64,000 bases of DNA, taken from contig JAUWSQ010000001.1 of the NCBI GenBank assembly GCA_030609965.1, positions 105,787 to 169,786 of the forward strand, written 5' to 3'. How positions within the stretch are numbered: the first letter of the stretch is position 1; every line of letters starts with the position of its first letter. The translations under genes were made by a program, and so were the position numbers. The DNA comes from Candidatus Fermentibacterota bacterium. GTDB lineage: Bacteria; Fermentibacterota; Fermentibacteria; Fermentibacterales; JCC-6. Positions 9,906 through 20,171 of the stretch are shown here, piece by piece. The notes under the pieces are model-generated. The model did not search any database and was not told the origin of the DNA. It worked only from the letters and a program-made list of their open reading frames with translations.

Positions 9906-11185
9906 TGGCTGCCGACGTTCTCGTTATAGGGGCCGGGGTTGCTGGAATGAAGGCTTCACTCCTTCTGGCCTCGTCCGGAAGGCGAGTTCATCTGATCGAG
10001 AACTCTTCCGTAATCGGCGGCAGGCTCATCCGCTGTGAGGATATATTCCCCGCGATGGAATGCGCTACCTGTATGGTCTCACCCATGCAGCAGGACGTTC
10101 TCCGGAACGATCTCATCAATGTAGTTACACTGGCGGATATACTCTCCATTGAAGGTTCAATCGGAGATTTCCGGGTAAGGATACGTAAGCAGGCATCATG
10201 CGTAGATCCCGTAGCATGCATCGGCTGTGCCGAATGCTGGAATGCCTGCCCGGTCGAGATCAACAATGAATTCGAAGAAAACCTGTCGAAAAGAAAGGCC
10301 ATCTCAGTTCCCTGCGCAGGAGCCCTGCCGAATGTCCCCTGGATTGACAGGGAACACTGCCTCAGATGGAACGGCGATGAAAACTGCAGCCTGTGCGCTG
10401 AAGCATGTGTTTTCGCTGCGGTAGATTATACTGAGGTAGATTCGGAGTTCGAGATAACCGTATCCGATATAATACTGTCGACAGGCTATCAGCCTTCTCC
10501 CGGAGATATGATTGACAAATTCCAGTGGGGAATCTGTACCGGTGTTTTCACCGCATCGGAGTTCGAGCGGTACTACTCCTCGAACGGACCCACATCCGGA
10601 GAACTGATAACAAAGGATGGGCGCAAACCCGAGTCAGCGGCGATAATAGTTCACGCATTCGGCACGGGCAGTCACTCAAGCATTAATACAATGTACTCTT
10701 TAAAATTCCTTCATTACCTGAATGAAAAACTCCCGGATATCAGGCCTATTGTATTTCTTGATGCGGAATATGAGCCGGTTGCCCTTGAGGACAGGAACCA
10801 CCAGAAATGGCTGGCTGCAGAAGCTGATGTTGTTCTTTGCACACAGATCCCTGAGGTTCATACGGTCGGTGACAGTAATAATCTGAGTATTACCTGCACC
10901 ACGGCTGAAGGCAGCTTTCAGGCGGAGGCTGACCTGCTTGTACTCGGTACATCGATGCAGCCTTCATCGGGAACTTCAAAATTCATCAAGCTGCTTGGCA
11001 TTGAGTGCAGTAATGATGGATTTGCCGCTAAACCTGAACCAGGGCTTTCATCGGTAATAACTTCTGTCCCGGGGATATATGCCGCGGGATGCAGCGGTGG
11101 TCCGCTTGACATAGCTTCTTCTGTCACAGAAGCCGCTGCCGCGGTCGGCAGGGTGCTGTCGGATACGAACAGAGGAGGTAACTAG
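9905..11185 (+). CDS. HdrA-like flavoprotein with inserted 2x[4Fe-4S] domain
   Basis: GAGVAG FAD motif, FPAMECATC, CIGCAECWNACP, CSLCAEAC, GIYAAG. Confidence 0.85.
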   Translation: MAADVLVIGAGVAGMKASLLLASSGRRVHLIENSSVIGGRLIRCEDIFPAMECATCMVSPMQQDVLRNDLINVVTLADILSIEGSIGDFRVRIRKQASCVDPVACIGCAECWNACPVEINNEFEENLSKRKAISVPCAGALPNVPWIDREHCLRWNGDENCSLCAEACVFAAVDYTEVDSEFEITVSDIILSTGYQPSPGDMIDKFQWGICTGVFTASEFERYYSSNGPTSGELITKDGRKPESAAIIVHAFGTGSHSSINTMYSLKFLHYLNEKLPDIRPIVFLDAEYEPVALEDRNHQKWLAAEADVVLCTQIPEVHTVGDSNNLSITCTTAEGSFQAEADLLVLGTSMQPSSGTSKFIKLLGIECSNDGFAAKPEPGLSSVITSVPGIYAAGCSGGPLDIASSVTEAAAAVGRVLSDTNRGGN

Positions 11186-12396
11186 TGCCTTCTACCAGAA
11201 CCGGTGTTTTCGTCTGCAGCTGCGGCCCTAATATCGGTGACAGGATCGATATCGAGAAAATAGCAGACGAAGTTTCCAGTATCGACGGTGTAGTGCTTGC
11301 GGAAACTCACGGTTTACTCTGCTCCCCCGACGGGAAGAAATACCTGGCGTCCAGAATAACCGAATACAAGCTCGAGAGAGTAGTCATTGCAGCCTGTTCT
11401 CCACGAGAGCACGAAATAACCTTCATGAAGGTCTGCGAAACGGCAGGACTCAACCCTTTCATGATGCAGATGGCGAACATTCGTGAGCAGGTGGCATGGG
11501 TTACACCAGACAGAAATTCCGCAACGGAAAAAGCTCTCAGACTTGTACGGGGTGCCATAAACAGGACCACCCGCCATAAACCCCTTATGAAGACAAGCAT
11601 CGTATGCAACCCCGAAGTAGCGGTAATAGGCGGTGGAATATCAGGTATGTCTGCTGCTATTGTTCTTGCGGATGCAAACAGAAAAATAACGATCATAGAG
11701 AGAAAATCTTCACTGGGCGGCTATCCGGAGAATGAAAAACTTGTAGAACACCTTAAGGATACCGTAACAGGACGTACAGAAATTACTGTTATAACCGATC
11801 GTGAACCTGAGGAAATTGTCGGTTTCTTCGGAAATTTCATTATTAACCTCGGTGAAGGCACCGATGAACTGCGGGCAGGATCAATAGTACTCGCTACCGG
11901 GTGCTCAGTTGAACAAAGCGGCAGAGCTGTCGCTTCCGAAGGCTTCAGAAGAATGACTGAAATGCTTAGAATCTCAACCGATGAGTATGGTTTCCCGAAC
12001 CGTGAGCATGATTCCCTCGCGCCGGTATCGACTCTGGTCGGCGGTGTATATGTCACCGGATGTGCTGGAGGGTTCTGCAGTCTGAGGGAGGCCGTATCAC
12101 AATCGGAAGCGGTGGCAGGTACAATCCTCTCCTCTCTGATCCCTGGCAGGGAAGTCGAAACCGAACCGAGAACATCTGTTATTTCAGAAACACTCTGCCG
12201 AGGATGTAAAACCTGTCTGGAAGTTTGCGGTTACGGAGCAATTTCCTTTGATGAGGAAAGGCTTGTCTGTTCAGTGAACAGTGTTCTGTGTAAAGGGTGC
12301 GGTAACTGCGCAGCAGCATGCCCCTCCGGGGCTATCAAAGCTCAGCATTTCACACCTGATCAGATCCGCTACCAGATGGCGGGGCTTCTGAGATGA
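11185..12396 (+). CDS. HdrA-like protein (N-terminal cluster domain, FAD motif, C-terminal ferredoxin), internally shortened
   Basis: VFVCSCG..LCS..AACSP..NIREQ; GGGISG; CRGCKTCLEVC and CKGCGNCAAACP. Confidence 0.85.
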   Translation: MPSTRTGVFVCSCGPNIGDRIDIEKIADEVSSIDGVVLAETHGLLCSPDGKKYLASRITEYKLERVVIAACSPREHEITFMKVCETAGLNPFMMQMANIREQVAWVTPDRNSATEKALRLVRGAINRTTRHKPLMKTSIVCNPEVAVIGGGISGMSAAIVLADANRKITIIERKSSLGGYPENEKLVEHLKDTVTGRTEITVITDREPEEIVGFFGNFIINLGEGTDELRAGSIVLATGCSVEQSGRAVASEGFRRMTEMLRISTDEYGFPNREHDSLAPVSTLVGGVYVTGCAGGFCSLREAVSQSEAVAGTILSSLIPGREVETEPRTSVISETLCRGCKTCLEVCGYGAISFDEERLVCSVNSVLCKGCGNCAAACPSGAIKAQHFTPDQIRYQMAGLLR

Positions 12397-13424
12397 ACTC
12401 CATACTGAAAGATTTACTGAGAAAAGCTCTGGACAACGGTATTGTCAGTTCAGTGATGGTTCCATCAAAGGGACCCGGGAATTCTTTCCCCTGGACTCTG
12501 GTAAGTGATGTTTCCGCACTGCAGCGGGCTGAACCTGTTCCTCCTGTCATGTCCGTTCAGGGAGCAAAAGCACTGGCCTCCTTCACTCAATCTATGCCGG
12601 AGGGGAAGCTCCTGGCTGTTATGCGTCCATGTGAAGCCAGAGCTGCAGTAGAGCTTTCAAAACTTGAACAGATCGATCTCGACAACATCATCCTTCTCAC
12701 CATGGACTGCCCGGGTGCAGTCCCCCTTGGGGAGTATGGCGAGGATGGAATAACGGAACCTGACATCAATGATCCTGCAACCCTTCGTCCCCTCTGCAGG
12801 CAGTGTACTGGTTTCACCTCAGCGGGTGATCTGTGCCTTGCCATGCACGGAGGTCTAAATGCGGTGCTTCCCCTGACCGCCAGTGGACAGGAACTCCTCG
12901 ATTCTCTTGGATTTAAGGCGGAAGCGGACATATCAGGATGGGAAGAATGGGCGAACGCCCAAAGGGGGGAGCGTCAAGTAACCAGGGTCGAGAATATGGA
13001 GAATTTGAAGGAAGCATACAGCGGCCTGCAGGGCCTGATCGAAGTTTTCAGTGGATGCATCTCCTGCCGCAGCTGCAGAACGGTATGCCCGATCTGTTAC
13101 TGCAGACTCTGTTTCATCGACATGAAAGACAGACGATCTCCAGCTTCTGAACATCTTGAACGGTCCCGTAACGGTGGTGCGGCAAGGCTTATGTCGAATA
13201 CACTTCTTTTCCATATCGGCAGGATGGCACACATGAGCCTTTCATGTGTATCGTGCGGAATGTGCGAGGATGCCTGTCCTTCGGATATCCCGATCGGCAG
13301 GCTCATAAGCATGGTTTCTGCTGATACTACGGCTGTTTTTAATTACAGCGCCGGGAGTAACCCTGAAGATCCACTGCCCCTGAATACTTTTCTCCCGGAA
13401 GAACTACATGAATACGAAGACTGA
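12393..13424 (+). CDS. FdhB/FlxB-like (FrhB-family) 4Fe-4S protein
   Basis: AVMRPCEARA; CISCRSCRTVCPICYC; GRMAHMSLSCVSCGMCEDACP. Confidence 0.85.
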   Translation: MNSILKDLLRKALDNGIVSSVMVPSKGPGNSFPWTLVSDVSALQRAEPVPPVMSVQGAKALASFTQSMPEGKLLAVMRPCEARAAVELSKLEQIDLDNIILLTMDCPGAVPLGEYGEDGITEPDINDPATLRPLCRQCTGFTSAGDLCLAMHGGLNAVLPLTASGQELLDSLGFKAEADISGWEEWANAQRGERQVTRVENMENLKEAYSGLQGLIEVFSGCISCRSCRTVCPICYCRLCFIDMKDRRSPASEHLERSRNGGAARLMSNTLLFHIGRMAHMSLSCVSCGMCEDACPSDIPIGRLISMVSADTTAVFNYSAGSNPEDPLPLNTFLPEELHEYED

Positions 13425-13457
13425 TAACCTGCATCTGATCCCGGGAGGTGGTTTTTG

Positions 13458-14546
13458 TTGCAGAACAGTATACTGATATCCAAATAAGAAACCCGGGATA
13501 CTCTGAGACATTTACTGTGTGAACTTCTTGAGAACGGTGAGGTTGATTCAGTTTTTGCTCTCCGGGAAACCAGACAGAAGGGTAGATACTGCTATTCTCT
13601 CATATCCGATCCTTCTCTGATCGGCGAAGTGCTGCCTTTCCATCCTGTTATGCCTGTGCAGGGAGCCCGTGCCCTTTCGGACCTGACCATTACTGAACCT
13701 CTCAACCGCCCTGTTGCCGCGCTTCTGAGACCCTGCGAGATCCGGGCTTTTGTAGAGAATGTGAAGCAGACACAGGGAAACCTGGAGAATATTTTCATTA
13801 TCAGCTGCACATGCCCGGGTGTGATACCGGCATCAAAATTGCTCAGGGAAGACCGTGAAGAAATTCTAAAGAATCATTCTGAAAATATCAGAAACTCATG
13901 CGGGGCATGTCTCGAATTCGTTCCCGGGCAGCAGGCGGATATGACTGTTCTTGTTGCTTCGGATGAACCGCACAAGGGCACTGTCATTTATCTGCATACG
14001 GAAAAGGCTGTCGAAATTGCGGAAAAACTCGATTCCTGCACCCTGGAAACAGGTAAGCCTCCTGCTGAACTCACATCTGGAATCCTTGAAGCTAGAAAAA
14101 AAGCTCTGAAGGATCTGATGAGGGATATTCCAGCACCGGGGGATGGCCTGCAATCACTTGTATCGCTTTTCTCAGCATGCATAGGATGCCGCGGATGCAG
14201 AGAAGCGTGCCCATTATGCAGCTGCATTCTCTGTGATTATGAAACTGCCCGTACCCTGCATTCCCCTGAACTGGTCCGGACTGAGGCGAAACGGAAAGGA
14301 TCAATAAGGGTACCGGCGGGAACCCTCCAGTTCCAGCTCGGCAGGCTTATGCATATTTCACCCATATGCACATCATGCGGTCAGTGTAGTGATGTATGCC
14401 CAGTGGATATTCCTGTAGCTGACATATTTATCAGGGCGGCAAATCTGGTCCAGGAATCACTTGACTACGCCCCCGGCAGAGACACAGATGATACCCCCCC
14501 CATGGCAACTTATGTAGAGAAGGAGCTGCCTTCCATAACCGACTGA
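13458..14546 (+). pseudogene. Second FdhB/FlxB-like paralog, interrupted by in-frame TAA at 13485-87 (or a shorter CDS from GTG 13629)
   Basis: RBS GGAGGTG, then TTG 13458 LQNSILISK*ETRDTLRHLLCELLENGEV, aligning with the N-terminus of the upstream paralog; LLRPCEIRA; CIGCRGCREACP; CTSCGQCSDVCP. Confidence 0.6.
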
Positions 14547-14550
14547 TCTA

Positions 14551-14985
14551 TTACCTGCCTGGAGCTTCCAGCAAACAGTCGTAAGGCGCCATGTAGTAAT
14601 CCCCGAGAAGATCTTCAGGGTCTCCCTCAGCTTCAAGAGAATCCTTCCACTGGAAGTAGGATCTGGTGGTTGTGCTTACTCCGATGACGCGGAAGATGCG
14701 CATCATACCGCCGCTTTCCGGTATGTAGCTGTCGGCTTCTTCGATCTCAAGAATAACCCTTTCTCCAACGTATAATGTAAGGAAATAATCCATAAGAGGA
14801 TCAGTGGACCAGAAGGACTTAACATCTCCGTTCTCATCGCGAATGACCGGATGAATGTAGTCCCCGACTTCGTAGCCAAGGAAAATACCAACTACAGTTG
14901 AAGAATCGTACACTACATTGGGCGAAAACTCAAAGTCATCAGCAACAACACCCGTTAAAACAGCGATCATAAATACCAGGCTCAA
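14551..14985 (-). CDS. Secreted hypothetical protein
   Basis: 144 aa, short hydrophobic N-terminus, RBS GGGGAGG. Confidence 0.6.
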   Translation of the reverse strand: MSLVFMIAVLTGVVADDFEFSPNVVYDSSTVVGIFLGYEVGDYIHPVIRDENGDVKSFWSTDPLMDYFLTLYVGERVILEIEEADSYIPESGGMMRIFRVIGVSTTTRSYFQWKDSLEAEGDPEDLLGDYYMAPYDCLLEAPGR

Positions 14986-15232
14986 ATTTAACCTCCCCCC
15001 TGTTTGTGAGACTATCTGATACTATACAAACTTAATATTACTTCAGAATAGAGTCTTCGCAATGGGCTCAAGCATTACATTTTGGAAGATTGAGGATATC
15101 CCTGTCTTCCAGATCAATCTTATGACTTGTTCAAAAACATCTATCTGCGTATTATTTGTTCCTGATTATTCTCTATATTTTGTTCAATATCAGTATTAAA
15201 TCTTGAATATTAACTGTTGGAATGGGGATATA

Positions 15233-16600
15233 ATGAAATCATACGATGTTATTATCATTGGAGCCGGTCCCTCAGGAATTGTTGCGGGTATTACATCCAG
15301 AAAGCGAAATCCTGACAAGTCGTTTCTAATGATAATGGAAGAAGAAAAAGGACTTGTTCCATGCGGGATTCCTTACATCTTCCATGATCTTGAAGATATA
15401 TCACAGAACAGCATGGGACCTGCGCCATTTGTAAACGCGGGTGGCGAGGTCCTGATTGATACGGTAACCAATATCGATATCGGGAGTAAAGTTCTTCAGA
15501 CCGAGTCTGGAAAAAGTATTTCTTACGGCAAACTTGTCTTTGCGACGGGTTCAACTCCAATTATTCCGATTTTTATCAAGGGTTACGATCTGGAGAATGT
15601 TGAATACATCGCAAAGAGCTACAAATACATCAATGGGCTTATGGATCGGATAAGATCAGCGGTGAATATTGTTGTTATAGGAGGAGGGTTCATAGGTGCC
15701 GAAGTAGCTGAACAGCTTGCGAAGCACAGAGACAAGAATGTAACGCTGATCGAAAAGGAAAATCACTGTCTGTACCGTGCTTTCTCAGCTGATTTCGCAA
15801 CCCTTGCTGACAAGCATCTCAGGAATGCCGGAGTCAATGTATTGACAGGCTGTACTGTTAAGGAACTGGAAGGGAGCAGCGGGAAAATTGAGTCCGTGCT
15901 ACTGGTAGATGGAAGATCAATCAAGGCTGACCTTGTCATCTCCGCAATTGGATACAAACCATGTACTGAGCTTGCAGCCAGGGCGGGTCTTCATCTAACA
16001 AGTAACGGTACCATCAGAGTTGACAAGTATATGAGAACTGAAGAGCAGGACGTATACGCGATTGGTGATTGTTCCCAGACTTCCGGTTTTATTACAGGCA
16101 GAACGGACAATATTATGCTGGCCTCAACGGCTACGGCGGAAGCCAGAATTCTTGGTAACAATCTCTTCAGTATTAGTCTGCTTCGAACTTTTTCAGGCAC
16201 TCTATCAGTGTTTTCCACAGAACTCGATGGTTATGTATTCGCTTCTGCAGGAGCAATTGAACAATCAGCCCTTGAAGCGAACGTGGATTACGTGGTGGGA
16301 AGATTCGAAGATGTTGACCGTCATCCCGGTTCACTGCCTGGTGCGAAGAAGATAATAATCAAAATAATCGTCTCCCCTGAAAACGGTGAGATAATCGGAG
16401 GGGAGATCTACGGCGGTAAATCCGTGGGAGAGATGATAAATATCATCGGTCTCGCAATTCAGAAATACGTTACAATCTACGAGATGATATCTTTTCAGAC
16501 CGGAACGCATCCCCTGCTAACCACTGCACCCACAAAGTATGCACTGGTCAAGGCTTGCGAAAATGCCATTTCAAATATCGAAAAGCAGGCTGGAAAATAG
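15233..16600 (+). CDS. FAD-dependent pyridine nucleotide-disulfide oxidoreductase (NADH oxidase/CoA-disulfide reductase family)
   Basis: GAGPSG; single redox Cys in VPCGIPY; GGGFIG; YAIGDC; C-terminal GTHP. Confidence 0.88.
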   Translation: MKSYDVIIIGAGPSGIVAGITSRKRNPDKSFLMIMEEEKGLVPCGIPYIFHDLEDISQNSMGPAPFVNAGGEVLIDTVTNIDIGSKVLQTESGKSISYGKLVFATGSTPIIPIFIKGYDLENVEYIAKSYKYINGLMDRIRSAVNIVVIGGGFIGAEVAEQLAKHRDKNVTLIEKENHCLYRAFSADFATLADKHLRNAGVNVLTGCTVKELEGSSGKIESVLLVDGRSIKADLVISAIGYKPCTELAARAGLHLTSNGTIRVDKYMRTEEQDVYAIGDCSQTSGFITGRTDNIMLASTATAEARILGNNLFSISLLRTFSGTLSVFSTELDGYVFASAGAIEQSALEANVDYVVGRFEDVDRHPGSLPGAKKIIIKIIVSPENGEIIGGEIYGGKSVGEMINIIGLAIQKYVTIYEMISFQTGTHPLLTTAPTKYALVKACENAISNIEKQAGK

Positions 16601-16662
16601 GTCGGGTTTAACCATCTAACCGATTTGCGAAGGATTATATCGCTGAATTGATATAATTTGTT

Positions 16663-17991
16663 TTATGACAGATTCTCAATGAGGGAGTCTCCGAATATCT
16701 TGAGCATTTTCTCCATTTCATTCTTCCCTGTAACCAGGGGAGGCCACAGGTAAAGCACTGAACCCAGTGGACGGATGAAAAGCCCCTTCCCGTGGGCAGT
16801 ATCGGCAATCGCAAGAGCGGTTGCAGCGCCGCCGCTCTCTTCGCCTATCTCCAGTGCGCTCATGCACCCAAGAGCTGTGGATCCGTGAACCCCCGGAATA
16901 CTCCTGTACATATCGAATGCTTCCGTGAGCATTTCTGAAAGCATCTCGACGTTACCAAGGATATTATCCCTTTCATATACCTCTATGGCGGCGCATGCCG
17001 CAGCTGCAGCTATAGGATTACCGCAGAATGTGTGTCCATGATAGAAGGTTCTGTCTATCTGTGAATCACTTCTGAACGCATCGTAAATCTTCTCGGATGC
17101 AACTACGGCGCTCATTGGAAGAGCCCCCCCGGTAAGTCCCTTTCCAATGCACATCATGTCCGGCACTACTCCTGCAAGTTCAGAGGCGAACATTCTTCCG
17201 GTACGGCCGAATCCTACCGCAATTTCATCCAGAATAAGGAGCACTTCGTTCTCATCACACAATTTTTTCAATCGCGAAAGATATAGGGGAGGATAGATCC
17301 TCATACCCGCCGCACCCTGACATACAGGCTCCACAATCACAGCGGCGGTGCAATCCGCGTTTTCAACTACTGCCTTCTCCATGGAGGCAAAGCACTCCAG
17401 TCCGCAGTTTTCAGGCTTCCCGTGGTATCTGCAGTGAAAGCAATGCGGCGATTCAGCTGTTATTGACCTTCTCAGAACCTGCTCCACCGACTTATGAAAC
17501 CTGTTTATGTACCCCAGCCCCGCACAGCCGAGAGTATCGCCGTGGTACCCGCCGGAGAGAGATATCATCTTTCTCTTTTCCGGTCTTCCCCGGTTCCACC
17601 AGTACTGCAATGATATCCGCATTGCAGCTTCCACCGAACAGGCTCCGTCCGATGCGTAGTAGACTCTTGACAGGTTCCCGGGTGCGATGGTGGCTATCTT
17701 CTCAGATAGTCTGATTACCTCCGTATGTGACATACCGCCTGTGATCGAGTTCTGAAGCCTGCCCGACTGTTTCCTGATTGCATCTATGATATCAGGGTGG
17801 CTGTGTCCCAGATTCACGCACCACCAGGAACTGATCCCGTCAAGCAGCATGTTCCCATCTGTATCCACCAGGTATACGCCTTCAGCCTTTTCAATTACAG
17901 GGAACTCACTCCGTTCAAAAGAATTGATATCGGTATATGGATGCCAGAAATGACTGATATCCTTCCTTCGAAGGCTCTCCGTTCTGTTCAT
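16663..17991 (-). CDS. bioA: Adenosylmethionine-8-amino-7-oxononanoate aminotransferase
   Basis: FWHPYT, DGISSWW, GYHGDT, DEIAVGFGRTG, CIGKGLTGG. Confidence 0.95.
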   Translation of the reverse strand: MNRTESLRRKDISHFWHPYTDINSFERSEFPVIEKAEGVYLVDTDGNMLLDGISSWWCVNLGHSHPDIIDAIRKQSGRLQNSITGGMSHTEVIRLSEKIATIAPGNLSRVYYASDGACSVEAAMRISLQYWWNRGRPEKRKMISLSGGYHGDTLGCAGLGYINRFHKSVEQVLRRSITAESPHCFHCRYHGKPENCGLECFASMEKAVVENADCTAAVIVEPVCQGAAGMRIYPPLYLSRLKKLCDENEVLLILDEIAVGFGRTGRMFASELAGVVPDMMCIGKGLTGGALPMSAVVASEKIYDAFRSDSQIDRTFYHGHTFCGNPIAAAAACAAIEVYERDNILGNVEMLSEMLTEAFDMYRSIPGVHGSTALGCMSALEIGEESGGAATALAIADTAHGKGLFIRPLGSVLYLWPPLVTGKNEMEKMLKIFGDSLIENLS

Positions 17992-18707
17992 GGAAACTCC
18001 ATGATGCGGAGGCTTAATCCTGACATGCTTTCCATGAAAGACGGATTCCTTACTGATTCTTCGGGATTTCGCATATGCGGGATCTCCATCACCCGGACTG
18101 ATCCTCCGTATAAAGCTATAGCGCGGGGATTATCAATTGTAACCACTGAAATTTTCTCTGTAAGGTGGTTTACAACTACAGCTGCAATCTGCAGTCCGGC
18201 ATTTCTCAGAACCGCAAGTGACAGCAGGGAATGATTGATTGTACCCAGGTCTCCTCTGGCAACCAGAATTACCGGCCAGCTCAATTCAACCATAAGATCC
18301 AGCATTTTCTCGCTGTTGTTAAGCGGCACCAGAACCCCTCCAGCACCCTCGGCAACAATGAAATTGCAACTGTCATACAATTGGTTCATCTTTCCAATAA
18401 TAGCTTCTACATCAGGATGAACACCCGTCATCCTGCCAGCGAGATGAGGTGAACACGCGGGGCTGTATCGGAATGGACACATCAGATCCATAAGAGGCTC
18501 GCCTGGCTCAAGATCCGAAACTCTCAGGCTGAATTCGAGATCAGGCGCCGAGAGTATTCCATCGATCTCAAGGCACCCTGTCTGAACAGGTTTGACTGGA
18601 AGAGCGGATATTCCGCTATCTCTGAAGGCTTTCAGAAGACCGGCCGCAACCACTGTTTTTCCAACACCGGTGCCTGTACCAGTTACGAAAACCCCCCGAG
18701 TGTTCAC
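17988..18707 (-). CDS. bioD: Dethiobiotin synthase
   Basis: VTGTGTGVGKT, VKPVQTG, EGAGG, GTINHSLL. Confidence 0.95.
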   Translation of the reverse strand: MNTRGVFVTGTGTGVGKTVVAAGLLKAFRDSGISALPVKPVQTGCLEIDGILSAPDLEFSLRVSDLEPGEPLMDLMCPFRYSPACSPHLAGRMTGVHPDVEAIIGKMNQLYDSCNFIVAEGAGGVLVPLNNSEKMLDLMVELSWPVILVARGDLGTINHSLLSLAVLRNAGLQIAAVVVNHLTEKISVVTIDNPRAIALYGGSVRVMEIPHMRNPEESVRNPSFMESMSGLSLRIMEFP

Positions 18708-19510
18708 ATCTTCCTTCCGAGAATGTACAGAATTCTATACGTTGAAGAAACTTTTCCGGAGCTGTCCACTTCAAAATGCCTGCGATAGTACTTCGTCATC
18801 TTCTTCATGTCTCCGGGTTTCAGAAATGCCGGGTCCTGATCGATTCCGGCTCCAATTCCTCTTATTGCCTTCAGTACTTCAAGCGGATGATCGTATAAGC
18901 AGGAAACACTTTCAACAGAACTGGACAGGATATCCATTCCGCTGTTCTCAAACCGGGTTTTCCATTCCTCTCCGGAACTCAGATCAAGCCGACGCATCAA
19001 CGTATCAGCTCCCAGGATACAGCTTTCCACAAGCTCATGCAGCATCCCGCGAACAGGGATAGCCATGAGACACAATCCACCAGCCGGAAGCGAGGCGTAT
19101 ATGCTTTCAACAAAACGTTTTCTATAATGAAACCACTGAATTGAGCAGCTTGATACCACAAGATCGTATCTGTTTCCACTTTGGCAGTACTTTTCGGCAT
19201 CGGTAACCAGGAAGGATAAGCGCCCGGTATTGTTCAGTTTGAACCTGCAGCGGTCAACCATGCCAATGGAAATATCCAGTGCAGTCACAAAGGAAGAAGA
19301 AAAGCGATCAAGCAGCTTTTCCGTGAGGATTCCTGTACCGCAGCCGATTTCAAGGATCGATCCCAGGGCCGCGTTCGGGAGTATAAAATCCATGAGTCTA
19401 TCTGCAATTAGCCTGTGATGATCCGCATACCTGTCGTACAGAATGGCTGCTTTCGAGAAATTGTGCTCAACGGCTGTCTTATCGGGCAATGCAATATTCA
19501 CTGAATTCAT
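18704..19510 (-). CDS. bioC: Malonyl-ACP O-methyltransferase
   Basis: NFSKAAILYD, LEIGCGTG; position in the bio operon. Confidence 0.88.
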   Translation of the reverse strand: MNSVNIALPDKTAVEHNFSKAAILYDRYADHHRLIADRLMDFILPNAALGSILEIGCGTGILTEKLLDRFSSSFVTALDISIGMVDRCRFKLNNTGRLSFLVTDAEKYCQSGNRYDLVVSSCSIQWFHYRKRFVESIYASLPAGGLCLMAIPVRGMLHELVESCILGADTLMRRLDLSSGEEWKTRFENSGMDILSSSVESVSCLYDHPLEVLKAIRGIGAGIDQDPAFLKPGDMKKMTKYYRRHFEVDSSGKVSSTYRILYILGRKM

Positions 19511-20171
19511 TCAGCAGTTCCCCCACTATTTCTGGTTTTACAACAGGCAGGAGATGTCCTGCCTTCTCTATGTACACCACTCGCGAATTATCAGCATTAT
19601 GCCTGCTGATGTATTCACTGCACATCCAGGGGATTACGTTGTCATCTCTGCCATGAACCAGCATCAATGGAGCTTCACAGGTAAGCCCGGCTTCCGTATC
19701 AGACATATAATCCAGCCCTGACAATAGAGTGTTCATGGTGATGGAATCGGATTCTTCCAGCAGATTCCCAATGATCCGAGGATCTGCAATCGGAAAGAGG
19801 CACTGCGTGAAAAAAGCTCTCAGATATACTTTTCTGTTCCGCTTCAGCATAACTTTTATCTTATGCGGCGTTTGCCTGGGTACTCCCGGTCTTCCTTCGC
19901 GTTCAACAAGGCAGGCCATAGATGACACAAGGAATAGACCGGCAATACTACCGGGATTACAGGCCGCTGCCTGTAGCGCTATCTGTCCTCCCATTGACCA
20001 GCCGGCCACAATGCACCTTTCAGGATTTTTCGCTATTCTCCTGTCCAGATCACCATCGATCGCTTTCCGCCAGTCAACTTCTTCGACATCCAGTTTGTTC
20101 GTAAGAACTTTCAAAACAGGTTTCCAGACACTCCTCCTCGTTGCCCAGCCCGATAAAAGATAAAGTTTCAT
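19479..20171 (-). CDS. bioH: Pimeloyl-ACP methyl ester esterase (BioH-like)
   Basis: SGWA, GWSMGG nucleophile, HGRDD, AGHLLP; lies between bioF and bioC. Confidence 0.8.
   Translation of the reverse strand: MKLYLLSGWATRRSVWKPVLKVLTNKLDVEEVDWRKAIDGDLDRRIAKNPERCIVAGWSMGGQIALQAAACNPGSIAGLFLVSSMACLVEREGRPGVPRQTPHKIKVMLKRNRKVYLRAFFTQCLFPIADPRIIGNLLEESDSITMNTLLSGLDYMSDTEAGLTCEAPLMLVHGRDDNVIPWMCSEYISRHNADNSRVVYIEKAGHLLPVVKPEIVGELLNEFSEYCIAR

Noticed and set aside
9474-12396. Selenocysteine forms of MvhD/HdrA
   Set aside because: The frames are uninterrupted and use Cys codons.
13408-13476. ATG 13408 as start of the second FdhB-like gene
   Set aside because: Different frame; stops after 22 codons.
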